Below are positions 1-9,278 of a stretch of 64,000 nt of DNA, one piece after another. A model generated the notes under the pieces. The model ran no database searches. It was not told the DNA's origin and was given only the letters and a program-made list of their open reading frames with translations. Position 1 is the first letter of the stretch. Each line of letters starts with the position of its first letter. The translations under genes were made by a program, and so were the position numbers. The stretch comes from a virus (lineage: Duplodnaviria > Caudoviricetes), in the IMG/VR virus record IMGVR_UViG_2894708747_000001; one strand, written 5' to 3'.

Positions 1-205
1 CCTTTTTTTCAAAAAACCCGCCCCCCCCCCCCCCCGCAATAAAAAACGTATAACCATCAAGGGTTTTATCAACAGTTCTCCACATGGGTATCCGATTTTT
101 AAAAACTATGTAATAATCACCAGTAATAGATTGCTTAATTGACATATAAGGTTTAAGATCAATGTTTTCGGCCCCTTTAGCACAAATAGGATCAATCTTT
201 CTCAT
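1..205 (-). CDS. hypothetical protein, probably partial (runs into a homopolymer at the window edge)
   Basis: ATG at 205 after a GGAGGAG RBS; frame MRKIDPICAKG... continues into the poly-C tract at ~21-35. Confidence 0.35.
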   Translation of the reverse strand, partial: MRKIDPICAKGAENIDLKPYMSIKQSITGDYYIVFKNRIPMWRTVDKTLDGYTFFIAGGGGGGFFEKK

Positions 206-236
206 TTGCTACTCCTCCTAATCAGAGCTTTAATGG

Positions 237-611
237 CTATGGTGCATTGTCTAATTGTTTTTCTATTAACTGCTTAAATTCCTCTTTTGTTATAAAGATT
301 TTTCCCCGATGATACAGCCGAGAAAAAACTGAAATAATTTTACCTGTATGAACCAAATCTTTAGGATTCTCTACTATTCCTTTTCCTTTGCATTTAGGGC
401 AATCTACAAGCTCTAAGTAACCTCCTTCTACACTATGGGTGTGGATAGCAACTTTACCGCCATGACAAGGTTCTAGTTCAATTGTCCAACCATCAGCATA
501 ATCCCTGTCTAAAATTTCTCCTTCATAACCACACCCAGGTTGTTTACATATTTTGTAATACTCATCACTACTAATACTTTTACGTTTACCTAATTCAGGA
601 AATCCCCACAT
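237..611 (-). CDS. hypothetical Cys-rich protein
   Basis: 124-aa ORF, AGGAG RBS, CxxxxC and CPKCKGKG motifs. Confidence 0.65.
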   Translation of the reverse strand: MWGFPELGKRKSISSDEYYKICKQPGCGYEGEILDRDYADGWTIELEPCHGGKVAIHTHSVEGGYLELVDCPKCKGKGIVENPKDLVHTGKIISVFSRLYHRGKIFITKEEFKQLIEKQLDNAP

Positions 612-642
612 TTTAAAGCATCTCCTTTAGATAAGCTAAAAA

Positions 643-852
643 TTATTTTACATGAACCTTTTCTACTATGTATTCTTCTATAATTTCAATATCCCACGTT
701 CCATCATTTTTAAATTCCACAAGTCTATGATTAAGTTTAGGCCTACGACAGAGTAATTCACACCATATTTTTTTAGCTTCATCTTCTGTTTTATATACCC
801 CGCCCACTAACCACAAATTTTGCATAGAATGATATACCAAAATAAACCACAT
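643..852 (-). CDS. hypothetical phage protein
   Basis: 69-aa ORF, GGGGA RBS, GVYxTxxxA motif also present in 1661..1870. Confidence 0.65.
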   Translation of the reverse strand: MWFILVYHSMQNLWLVGGVYKTEDEAKKIWCELLCRRPKLNHRLVEFKNDGTWDIEIIEEYIVEKVHVK

Positions 853-865
853 TTAAATTTATCCC

Positions 866-1087
866 CTAAAAACATTTTAGATTTTTATACTCCTTAGAGT
901 TTCGCTCTCCCCGCAAATAACCATCAGCTATATTCTCTATAGCTACATCAAAAAGCAGGCCCTTATTGTGGTTCTCACTATCTATAGCACCCTAATTAAG
1001 TAAACGTACTACTTCTTTAAAGAAAGCATCAGCTACCGCCGCCGCTCTCTCCTTGGCAATTTCTAAAGTTTCTTGTTTGTAAGACAA
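866..1087 (-). pseudogene. 74-codon frame interrupted by an in-frame TAG
   Basis: AAGGAGG RBS plus TTG at 1087; ...VVRLLN*GAIDSE...KEYKNLKCF*; TAG at 992-994. Confidence 0.55.
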
Positions 1088-1090
1088 ACT

Positions 1091-1306
1091 TTATGCCTCC
1101 TTTAATCGATCTAAATAGACATTTAATGGTGGTACATCCGCTTTAATCCCTTCACCACTACACCAAAGGGTGGCGAAGGGAATCATCTCCCTAAATTTCA
1201 AAGTGGCTTCATCGGAAGGAAAACCAAAGATCATTAATTTCCTGTCTGAATATAAACAACGGCCATTTAAGGCCGTTGCTAAAGTTTTTAGCGTTGTTCT
1301 ATCCAT
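1091..1306 (-). CDS. hypothetical protein
   Basis: 71-aa ORF, AGGAGGT RBS. Confidence 0.7.
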   Translation of the reverse strand: MDRTTLKTLATALNGRCLYSDRKLMIFGFPSDEATLKFREMIPFATLWCSGEGIKADVPPLNVYLDRLKEA

Positions 1307-1331
1307 TTGTTATCCATACCTCCTAACCTTA

Positions 1332-1517
1332 TTAATCGGACAACAGTTCTCCCTTTACTTCAATACTGTCAGCAGAACCAAGAAACGAAGATGGATCATC
1401 TTGGTAAGATTCCACATCTAATTGTAACATCTTCGAGTAATCATCACAGTCTTTAGGATAAGATTTTGGATTAATTTCATAGGTCATGGTTGCTGTTAAG
1501 GTAATTTTAGCCTTCAT
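1332..1517 (-). CDS. hypothetical protein
   Basis: Start at MKAKITL... after a GGAGG RBS (ORF track extends it to 1556). Confidence 0.65.
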   Translation of the reverse strand: MKAKITLTATMTYEINPKSYPKDCDDYSKMLQLDVESYQDDPSSFLGSADSIEVKGELLSD

Positions 1518-1539
1518 AGTTGTAGCCTCCTTGTTTAAT

Positions 1540-1645
1540 TTAATTATTATAGACATTTAGCGGAGATACATCCTCTTTGATCCTTCCGCCGCTACACCAA
1601 AGGGTAGCAAGCTGAAAGATTATTAAGTTCTAATGCTTCAATCAC
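1540..1645 (-). pseudogene. degenerate paralogue of 1091..1306
   Basis: LATLWCSGGRIKEDVSPLNV versus FATLWCSGEGIKADVPPLNV, out of frame with its own RBS/GTG. Confidence 0.5.
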
Positions 1646-1660
1646 TGTTTTATCTCCTTT

Positions 1661-1870
1661 CTATGTGGATAGTGGGCTTTCTGAAACACACATTTGAAGA
1701 GGAAATTTATCAAGCTCATATTCTTCATACCAACCAAATGTAATGGTTTTATTTTTAACTAAAAAATCAACAACTTGATCAGCTTTTTGAGAGGTACTAT
1801 ATACTCCATACACCACATTACCCAAAGAGTTCTCTATATTAAAACCAAAAACAACGTAAATTTTCATCAT
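1661..1870 (-). CDS. hypothetical phage protein
   Basis: 69-aa ORF, GGAGGT RBS. Confidence 0.7.
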   Translation of the reverse strand: MMKIYVVFGFNIENSLGNVVYGVYSTSQKADQVVDFLVKNKTITFGWYEEYELDKFPLQMCVSESPLST

Positions 1871-1884
1871 AACCTCCTATAGAA

Positions 1885-2256
1885 TTAGTAATTAGGGCTC
1901 CATTCCCAAATTGGAACTGTCACAAAATATTCTTCACCGCCCGCCTCCCTTGGTATATCTTTCCACCGCCAAACTTTCAACTGAATAGTTTCATTGGTCG
2001 GCTTTAATTCACTGACAGGAGTAGCAATTGTGCCAGGGCCACCTGAACACTCCACAAACTCAGAGCTTGTATTGTATTTTGAGCTTTTACCACGAAAACA
2101 AGACCAAACATTAAAGATAATTCTTACAGCATCTTTATACTCTTGATCTGTATAGCCCTCTATAATTCCTATCGCTCCCTTTTTCAACCCACCCCACTTC
2201 CAGGGGGCGGCTAATCTAACAACATCGCCACCACGAGGATATTTTTTATCGGTCAT
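1885..2256 (-). CDS. hypothetical protein
   Basis: 123-aa ORF, AGGAG RBS. Confidence 0.7.
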   Translation of the reverse strand: MTDKKYPRGGDVVRLAAPWKWGGLKKGAIGIIEGYTDQEYKDAVRIIFNVWSCFRGKSSKYNTSSEFVECSGGPGTIATPVSELKPTNETIQLKVWRWKDIPREAGGEEYFVTVPIWEWSPNY

Positions 2257-2403
2257 TTTTAATCTCTCCTACTGAGGTTGGACTAAAGCATATATCTTAT
2301 CAAAGATGGTAATACTCCCTGCTTATCCATCACATTCTTGAAGGTAATCATAAAAACGCTCGTACCCTGAATTTATCCAACCTAAAAGTTCTAGCGGCCT
2401 TTT

Positions 2404-2556
2404 TCAGGGTGGGGACGGACTTTTACAAGATAAAATTTTATTAGCGGCTAATTCAATTCGTTGAAGTATTGAAGGCGAAGGATTAAATTCTTGCGGTAAT
2501 AAATTATAAGCATAAATAAAGAGGCGCATCTCTTTAATTGCTTCTTTTAAGGTCAT
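2404..2556 (-). CDS. small hypothetical protein (50 aa)
   Basis: AGGAGGT RBS, MTLKEAIKEMRLF...; frame stays open for 26 codons past its TGA. Confidence 0.5.
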   Translation of the reverse strand: MTLKEAIKEMRLFIYAYNLLPQEFNPSPSILQRIELAANKILSCKSPSPP

Positions 2557-2647
2557 TAATATTACCTCCTTGTTACAAGAGTTACAAATAAATAATTCAA
2601 ACCTAGAAAAGATATTATGACAAGCATAGCCAATAGAATTTCCATTA

Positions 2648-2998
2648 TTACACCTCTGCCCTGATTTTCTTAAATCTTGTTAGAAGAGTAATCCAACACT
2701 CCTTACAACTTGCATCTCCACAATTTTCCACTAAACCATGTGTAAGAGGACAAGGAAGAGTAGGGGAAGATTGAACCTCCTGCAGAAATGCCCTAATTTT
2801 ATTGTAATATTCTTTATCTCGTATACGAATAATTAAAGAATCGAGAATACGGCTTCCACAAGAAGGACACGCAAACCAACACCCACCTATTTCTTCTACT
2901 AAAGGGGTAATAGAACCGTGACATATTTCTTGAGTGCTTTCATTCCAGGCGGCGGCAGGGTAGGCTTCACCACAATGAGGACATTGATATAAAATCAT
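2648..2998 (-). CDS. Zn-ribbon hypothetical protein
   Basis: CPHC...CPSC and CxxC motifs. Confidence 0.7.
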   Translation of the reverse strand: MILYQCPHCGEAYPAAAWNESTQEICHGSITPLVEEIGGCWFACPSCGSRILDSLIIRIRDKEYYNKIRAFLQEVQSSPTLPCPLTHGLVENCGDASCKECWITLLTRFKKIRAEV

Positions 2999-2999
2999 C

Positions 3000-3461
3000 T
3001 TAACCTACCTCCCGATAAGCGAAATACTCTCTGCCTCTATATAATATACGAATCTCCATCCCTAAGAAAAAAGAGTACCCATATAAATCAAGTACCTTAT
3101 CCACAAACTTATTAAATCCTACTACTTTATCTACAAAATTAACCAACTCAAAACTGTTATCTAGAAATACCCCCTCTTTAAGAGCAGGTATAGAAGAGAA
3201 AAGTATATCTCTATAACTCACAAGATTATTTTCTAATATTTCTTTTACAACCTGGAATCTTTCTTCATCAGTAAGAACTAGATATTCATAACCGTTAATC
3301 ATATAAGCAAAGTCAGGGAAGGTTAATTCCCTGACTTCATGTAAAGGAACGTTTAGATACCATGCTAGAGCCTGTTTTTTACTAACAGGTTGCCTTTTAT
3401 TTAGATAATGTCTTATTTTGCGGTAGAAGGATACAGAGGGTATTTCTTCTACAACCATCAT
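3000..3461 (-). CDS. hypothetical protein
   Basis: 153-aa ORF, AAGGAG RBS. Confidence 0.65.
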   Translation of the reverse strand: MMVVEEIPSVSFYRKIRHYLNKRQPVSKKQALAWYLNVPLHEVRELTFPDFAYMINGYEYLVLTDEERFQVVKEILENNLVSYRDILFSSIPALKEGVFLDNSFELVNFVDKVVGFNKFVDKVLDLYGYSFFLGMEIRILYRGREYFAYREVG

Positions 3462-3517
3462 AAATATTCGCTCCTTACTATAAAGTCCCCCAGGAGAGGG
3501 TGGAGGTGTGAATGGGT

Positions 3518-4177
3518 TTAGGCTTCCTTTAATACTCTAATTTTCTTAGGCACTAAAATTTCTTTTTCCTCAATGATATAATTTCTGCATATATCTATAA
3601 ACAGGTCACGAACTTCATCACATAATTTATCAAAACTCTGCACTAGTTTAACTCTATCTCTAAGGCTTTCCATATCCCAAACCTCAAAATCCTCATACAT
3701 ATCTACACCTTTTCCTGGATATGTGAAAATTTCTTTTGGTGGGGTTTTATAATTAACTCTTGCATAGGCCCCGCATCGTCCACATTGATTTTTGCCCTCA
3801 CTTGCAGGTTGAAAATTCTTCTGACCACAACGAGTACAATATGATTTATAACTTGAATACTTCCAGCCTCCTTGATATAAAACTAAATAGCCGCCACTAC
3901 GTCCATTAAAACCAACTTGCCACTGATAATCATGTTCTGCCGCCCAATCTTCAAGAAGGGAATTGATTTCAAAATAAACCTCATCCATATCCAACATATC
4001 CCAGGCTTTATTTTTAATATCTTCAGGAAGGTTTAGTTTATATATTTTGACACAATTAGCATAACTGGTAGCGTTATTCCAGCTATTCATGGTATGATAA
4101 CGGAAATGATTCCTTAAAAAGGAAATCATGGCTTCCCGATTTCTTTTATCTACTTCTTGATAAAACATAAAGAACAC
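3518..4177 (-). CDS. phage hypothetical protein with inserted Zn ribbon
   Basis: HFRYHTMNSWN and GFNGRSGGYLVL motifs; CxxC...CxxC insert. Confidence 0.75.
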   Translation of the reverse strand: MFFMFYQEVDKRNREAMISFLRNHFRYHTMNSWNNATSYANCVKIYKLNLPEDIKNKAWDMLDMDEVYFEINSLLEDWAAEHDYQWQVGFNGRSGGYLVLYQGGWKYSSYKSYCTRCGQKNFQPASEGKNQCGRCGAYARVNYKTPPKEIFTYPGKGVDMYEDFEVWDMESLRDRVKLVQSFDKLCDEVRDLFIDICRNYIIEEKEILVPKKIRVLKEA

Positions 4178-4195
4178 CTCTCTTAGTTAATAATG

Positions 4196-4224
4196 AAAAA
4201 CCCCGCCCAGTAGGAAGGGCGGGG
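4196..4224 (-). terminator. intrinsic terminator after the amidotransferase gene
   Basis: CCCCGCCC/GGGCGGGG stem followed by T5 on the minus strand. Confidence 0.7.
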
Positions 4225-4233
4225 GTATAGGAA

Positions 4234-5271
4234 TTAAAGACGTACTAAATCCTCTTCTATATCCGCAACAAAACTTTTAAGGTCGCCTGTATATAAAGCA
4301 TCTTCAATATCCTCTAGTGTAAATCCCCACTCCAATAATTGTAAAACTTCTTCTTTAGATACACCCTGCTGATTAGCCATAGTACATAGCATATCAAAAT
4401 ATACATCATTATCAAATTCATAGCTTGTTACCATATTAGTAATTATAGATGTTGTTTGTTGTAATAAATTAACCTGCCGCGAAGACTTGGCAGGTTTCCA
4501 ATTTATTCTATACCAGGTTCTTTCCTGGGGTTTAAATTTATTAAATTTTAAAGTACCATCAGGACAAATAGTAATTATATCGCCTTGTTTGGGTTCGATT
4601 AATTCCATATCCACAATACCAGTTTTAAATTGATTAAAAATCCGCTCACTGGTTTTAGGCCACTCCAGCAAGGAGTTTACCAAAATCTTTTTAGTGCTGG
4701 CATACACATACAATTTTAAATCTGGAATGTGCATAATAGAAAAAGGAGAATCATTTTTAACGATATATAAATTATTATCTTGATCGAGCAAGGTAAAAGT
4801 AAACATACCTTCTACGGTTTCAGCCATTTCCCTAATACTATTCATATCAAATTTATTATATAGCTCCAGTAATTGAACGGCTACATAAGAATCAGTTTCT
4901 ATTTGAGTTTTAGGTAAACCATACTCAATTTTTAATTCCCTATCGTTATATAAAACGCCATTATGAGCTAAAGCAAACTTAATTCCACCAGCCCGCCCTA
5001 AAAATGGGTGGTTATTATAATTCTTTTTGGCACTACCTTGAGTAGTATGTCGTACATGACCCATTACAACCTTAGCATCTTTTGGAACTTTAAATTTAAA
5101 CCTGTAGGCACTTACCCCATTTTTTGAGATAACAACATTTTTATCTTGCACATAAGCGATTCCAGTCGCATCCATGCCTCTTTCTGTAGAATTGAGTCCT
5201 AAAATTTCCAATAAAGATTCAAAATTCATTTTATCCATTCCGTAATAACTAAAGCCAAATAATCCACACAT
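4234..5271 (-). CDS. class II (Ntn) glutamine amidotransferase
   Basis: N-terminal MCGLFG nucleophile; RGxDATG, GHVRHTTQG, NNHPF, HNGVL, ETDS motifs. Confidence 0.9.
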   Translation of the reverse strand: MCGLFGFSYYGMDKMNFESLLEILGLNSTERGMDATGIAYVQDKNVVISKNGVSAYRFKFKVPKDAKVVMGHVRHTTQGSAKKNYNNHPFLGRAGGIKFALAHNGVLYNDRELKIEYGLPKTQIETDSYVAVQLLELYNKFDMNSIREMAETVEGMFTFTLLDQDNNLYIVKNDSPFSIMHIPDLKLYVYASTKKILVNSLLEWPKTSERIFNQFKTGIVDMELIEPKQGDIITICPDGTLKFNKFKPQERTWYRINWKPAKSSRQVNLLQQTTSIITNMVTSYEFDNDVYFDMLCTMANQQGVSKEEVLQLLEWGFTLEDIEDALYTGDLKSFVADIEEDLVRL

Positions 5272-5289
5272 TTTTTATCGTCCTCCTTG

Positions 5290-6651
5290 TTATGCTACTT
5301 CTAGATCAGATGCAGAAGCATCTAATAATTGATTTACAAACTTCCTAATCTCTTCAGCATCTCTTTCATCTAATTCAGGAATTATCTGATCAGCTTCCTT
5401 TAAATGTCGTGTAATCAAATAGGCTTTAAGTTCACCACTCACTCCTTCAATGAATTTTTCCCAAGTTAATTCTTGAATCTCATTGACAGGAGTGTTTATA
5501 GCCATCTTAACTAGTCGTTCTACAAACTGGAGGGTGGCAATAAAAGTCGTATACTTTAACGTTCCTCTAAATAACCTAATTTCAATAGTATTGTTATTTT
5601 CGAGATTAATAGCATAATATCTTCCGCTTCCTTTAGCTCTTTCTAAAATCTCTTCAGGTTTTGCTAAACCATAACGTTTAGCCCAACGGTCTAATTGAGA
5701 ATTAGTTCGTCGAGAAAATTTAACCATCTGATCCCAAAATCTTTCCACCAGAAATAACAGCTTCATGATATTAGTATCTTGTTCATCTTCGTTTTTACCA
5801 AATGCTTTACGACTCACATGAACATGCAATCCACAATTCCCATTATCGTGGGAAGTATAGCCCAACTTCTTAGCTTTTTCCATAATTTGTTTCCAAGGAA
5901 TGTAATTTATATGATATTCAAGGGTGGCGGGGTGAGAGACAATCTCTAAACCCCGTGAAAGTGATCCATCGTGTTTAATGTAAATATACTCATTATCTTC
6001 ATTGCCAACATCTAAAATTGCCTCAGCTTTATCTTGATACTCACCTCCACCATCAATTTCCAACTCCACTCCCAGAAACAACGAACCCTCTCCATAGAAA
6101 ATTGGAGAGGGTTTATAATTATAACTATGTATTACTCTTGACCTATGCTCTTCATAACAATTACGGCAATATATTTCATCATCATCATCTTCATTCATAT
6201 AAGTATAATCACTATGAATAATTCGACCACAATCACTACAACGATAATAACTTTCGTTAAAGCAATCCTCACAGATTTGAGTACCATAATCATCCGTCAA
6301 TACTTCATCATAGGGAACTGCTTCACCGCAGACATCACAAATTGCAAATCTTTCATTAAAACAATCAGGGCAGTATCCTTCACCGTCATAATAATAAGCA
6401 TCCTCTTGATATAAAATTTCATTACAAACTACACAAGAGGTAAATCTTTCACACCAACAATCGTTACAATATAATTTCCCATTTGCCCCTTCATTAGCTT
6501 CATCACGATAAATTACTTCATTACATCCATAGCAAATAACAAACAGATCATTATAGCAATCTTCACAAAAATAATCACCGTTAACTTCATAAGCCTCATC
6601 AAAATCAATTTCTATTTCACATTCAGCACAAAGAATCAGTTCATCAGACAT
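5290..6651 (-). CDS. putative amidoligase (COOH-NH2 ligase) with N-terminal tandem CxxC Zn-finger repeats
   Basis: GVELEI, HDGSL, GLEIVSHP, CGLHVHV, RYxAIN, TIEIRLFRGT; about five CxxC..CxxC units in aa 7-165. Confidence 0.85.
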   Translation of the reverse strand: MSDELILCAECEIEIDFDEAYEVNGDYFCEDCYNDLFVICYGCNEVIYRDEANEGANGKLYCNDCWCERFTSCVVCNEILYQEDAYYYDGEGYCPDCFNERFAICDVCGEAVPYDEVLTDDYGTQICEDCFNESYYRCSDCGRIIHSDYTYMNEDDDDEIYCRNCYEEHRSRVIHSYNYKPSPIFYGEGSLFLGVELEIDGGGEYQDKAEAILDVGNEDNEYIYIKHDGSLSRGLEIVSHPATLEYHINYIPWKQIMEKAKKLGYTSHDNGNCGLHVHVSRKAFGKNEDEQDTNIMKLLFLVERFWDQMVKFSRRTNSQLDRWAKRYGLAKPEEILERAKGSGRYYAINLENNNTIEIRLFRGTLKYTTFIATLQFVERLVKMAINTPVNEIQELTWEKFIEGVSGELKAYLITRHLKEADQIIPELDERDAEEIRKFVNQLLDASASDLEVA

Positions 6652-6654
6652 CTT

Positions 6655-6867
6655 TTACTCCTCCTTGAATTTAATGATTTTAATAAAATTATCTTCCCGC
6701 TCTAAGACAAAATCAGAGGAAAGACGTTCTTCCATAAAATCCATTATTTCCGTTAACATATCTTTTGGAGGCGGTGGGGGCGGCGAGGGAAGTTTTGTAG
6801 CTAAATTAAATACTATTGCCATGACAACAATAGCAAGAATTACAATAACCCTTTTCATTACCACCAT
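6655..6867 (-). CDS. small membrane protein
   Basis: N-terminal hydrophobic helix, poly-Pro linker. Confidence 0.6.
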   Translation of the reverse strand: MVVMKRVIVILAIVVMAIVFNLATKLPSPPPPPPKDMLTEIMDFMEERLSSDFVLEREDNFIKIIKFKEE

Positions 6868-6981
6868 CCCATTTTGTTAAATTTTTATCTTTTAACAACT
6901 CTATGGTATATATAAGGATATATACTAATAGCTAGAAAAAAGCTATAAAATAAAACCTTATTAAATTGTAATTATTTAATT

Positions 6982-7020
6982 AAAAAGAGGGGGAGGCGGG
7001 GAGAAAAACTCACCCCGCCC
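6982..7020 (-). terminator. probable intrinsic terminator
   Basis: GGCGGGG/CCCCGCC stem with a downstream T run on the minus strand. Confidence 0.45.
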
Positions 7021-7041
7021 TTTATATAGTGAGAGGAGGAG

Positions 7042-7122
7042 TTAACTTTGTAAATAACCAATTGCCAGCATAACAATATCCAGCACTACAAATCCAAAAC
7101 CAAGGAACCCAAGAGTCTCCAT
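7042..7122 (-). CDS. 26-aa single-TM peptide
   Basis: AGGAGTG RBS; METLGFLGFGFVVLDIVMLAIGYLQS*. Confidence 0.55.
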   Translation of the reverse strand: METLGFLGFGFVVLDIVMLAIGYLQS

Positions 7123-7132
7123 GATCTCACTC

Positions 7133-7204
7133 CTATTCAGGCATAACTGTAAGAAAAACAACCGCCATTACCAACCACATAACTAAAAAAGGAATACCGT
7201 ACAT
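7133..7204 (-). CDS. 23-aa single-TM peptide
   Basis: AAGGAGG RBS; MYGIPFLVMWLVMAVVFLTVMPE*. Confidence 0.55.
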   Translation of the reverse strand: MYGIPFLVMWLVMAVVFLTVMPE

Positions 7205-7234
7205 AAGACAGCCTCCTTAATGGGATAAGGGGAG

Positions 7235-7552
7235 TTAAAACTCCTCACACTCCCAAAATCCAAAATCACTTCCATCACCAGGATGGCTTCCGAAATAACA
7301 ACCTTTAGGGGCAATTTCATCTAACGCATCAAATAAAGTCTCTAAAAGCCAATCAACATCTTCAGGACGCTCTTCGATAAAATCTTTAATAATTTCTAGA
7401 TCCCAATCTTTAGGCAAATTATATAATCTTAACAAGTTATTGGCTTGTTCAGGCCAGTAGTGTTCTAACAGATCGAGAAAACGAGGGATCAAGTCTTCAC
7501 TTCTCAGAGTTCCAGAAATAACCGAACCAGTGAAGTCAACAGGCTTTTTCAT
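7235..7552 (-). CDS. phage hypothetical protein
   Basis: AGGAGGAG RBS before MKKPVD; GTLRSEDLIPRF and YFGSHPGDGSDFGFW motifs. Confidence 0.75.
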   Translation of the reverse strand: MKKPVDFTGSVISGTLRSEDLIPRFLDLLEHYWPEQANNLLRLYNLPKDWDLEIIKDFIEERPEDVDWLLETLFDALDEIAPKGCYFGSHPGDGSDFGFWECEEF

Positions 7553-7749
7553 TGGAAACTCCTCCTTTATTCCGCCCACGGCGGCGGGCGAGGTTAATAT
7601 AAAGAGTTATTACTCTCCCTATAACCGTCTTATACAAAAACAGCTATAGGCAAAATAATACCTCCCATAGCAATTCCTTGGACATAGGGATAACTAGCCT
7701 AACAAGTTTCTCAGCAGGGTTACTGCCCTCTTTGAGCCCATATAGGGCT

Positions 7750-7923
7750 CTACTGGATCTGTATCATCCAGGGCAATTCCCTGGATCGATACGCCTGATC
7801 CAAAATAGTTTGAGCTTCTTGGCGACTCAAAGGGCTCCACCCCAAGTCGCCCATACCTAGCTCCCTAATTACAGCCAGGGCTTTTTCCAAACTAACTATA
7901 AACCTCTGGCCTTTCTTATACAT
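7750..7923 (-). CDS. 57-aa hypothetical protein enclosed by an inverted repeat
   Basis: GGAGGT RBS before MYKKGQRF; the longer ORF-track start runs through the stem. Confidence 0.65.
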   Translation of the reverse strand: MYKKGQRFIVSLEKALAVIRELGMGDLGWSPLSRQEAQTILDQAYRSRELPWMIQIQ

Positions 7924-8784
7924 AAAAAGACCTCCTTTGGCCTTATATATAGGCTCAAAGAAGGCAGTAACAGTAAACGCTATCCACTTATGCGTAGCAT
8001 CCAGGAAGCGGATAGAGCCTACTAAACCTGCTGACTGGCATAGGATTTCCCCTTCGCACAATGCCAGCTATATTGATACAGCACTCTCCCGCTACCTCCC
8101 AATCCTAGCCTGGGGCGGGCGGGGTGAAGAACTATATCAATATAGAAAACCCATACTATATAAACACACACACATAAAAGACAGACTAAGAGTCCAAAAG
8201 ATATTCCTAGGATAAATAAAGAGAGAGCTAACTAATCTATATAACTCCAAGCGTAGCAAGGCAGTCATAAGGATTAATAAGCCCGCACTAATAGGAATCC
8301 TTGGACTCTTAGCCTGTCCCTAGTATGGAATTCCTGGTAAGCAGACTAAATCTGCAATAAGCAGACTAATATTAGTAAATTTAGCCTACCAATAGCAGGC
8401 CCGCCAATGGGCAAACTAATCCTGCTGATAGGTTGGTTTAACCTGCTAATAGCTAATCTGCTAACAGGCAGATCTAGCCTGCTTACCAAAGGAATTTGCT
8501 AGGCATCGCTATCCCTATGGCCTGGGCCTTCTGGTGCGGTTGCGAATTGGGCAGACTAATCCCGCAGAAAGCTAGTCGCCTGAGTAATTGGCAAACTGCT
8601 TGCGTAGCAAGGCAGTCACCAGTTATATTTCGCTACCACTAAGCAAAATTACGCTAGTTAATAGTATGTGTAAGAAAAACTCGGTGTCTATCGAAAACTA
8701 GCGAAAATTACTATAGTGACAGCGAAATCAAGCGGACTAACTCCTAGGATAGGATTAGTTCACCTAATTCTGCCGCTATAGCCA

Positions 8785-8812
8785 ACCGCACATAATATAC
8801 ATTATGAGCGGT
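8785..8812. other. palindromic dif-like Xer recombination site
   Basis: ACCGCACATAA-TATACA-TTATGAGCGGT (11-6-11); reverse strand carries CATAATGTATATTATG, the E. coli dif core. Confidence 0.65.
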
Positions 8813-8861
8813 TTCTAGCTATTGGATTGTGAGCAGATAGGGAGCCAGTAGCTCCCTGGAA

Positions 8862-9278
8862 CTAGGCTGACTTGCTCATAAGTTGAGCCATAGCTTGCGC
8901 TATGGCCTGGGCGAGCATATTCGGATCTATGGCAGACTGGGCTGGTGCAGGAGTAGTCTCTTTCTTAGACTCCTGCTTAGTAGCCTTCTTAGGAGCAGAT
9001 TCCTTTTTCGCCTGCTCAGGCTTGAAGCCAATGGGCGGCTTGCATCCAGTCGCCTTGACGATATTCTGGATGCCTTCTGGCGTAGCCACAACATTAAGTT
9101 GAAAGCTAACACCCTGGAACTCTGGAGAGGTGAGCTTACTCCAGCCGTGGCTGGTGGCTACAAGATAACTCTTGCCTGTACTCGACAAGCTGGCAGTCTC
9201 TAATTGCGCCAGATCGACGGCAAGAATTAGCTTGCTTCCCTTGAAGCCTACGCGAATGTTCTCGATGTTTTTGGACAT
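8862..9278 (-). CDS. basic small protein, possibly nucleic-acid binding, enclosed by an inverted repeat
   Basis: AGGAGGAG RBS; LILAVDL...SSTGKSYLVATSHG core and K/A/P-rich tail. Confidence 0.8.
   Translation of the reverse strand: MSKNIENIRVGFKGSKLILAVDLAQLETASLSSTGKSYLVATSHGWSKLTSPEFQGVSFQLNVVATPEGIQNIVKATGCKPPIGFKPEQAKKESAPKKATKQESKKETTPAPAQSAIDPNMLAQAIAQAMAQLMSKSA

Noticed and set aside
17-37. Poly-C tract as a functional element
   Set aside because: At the window edge; likely an assembly or sequencing homopolymer artefact
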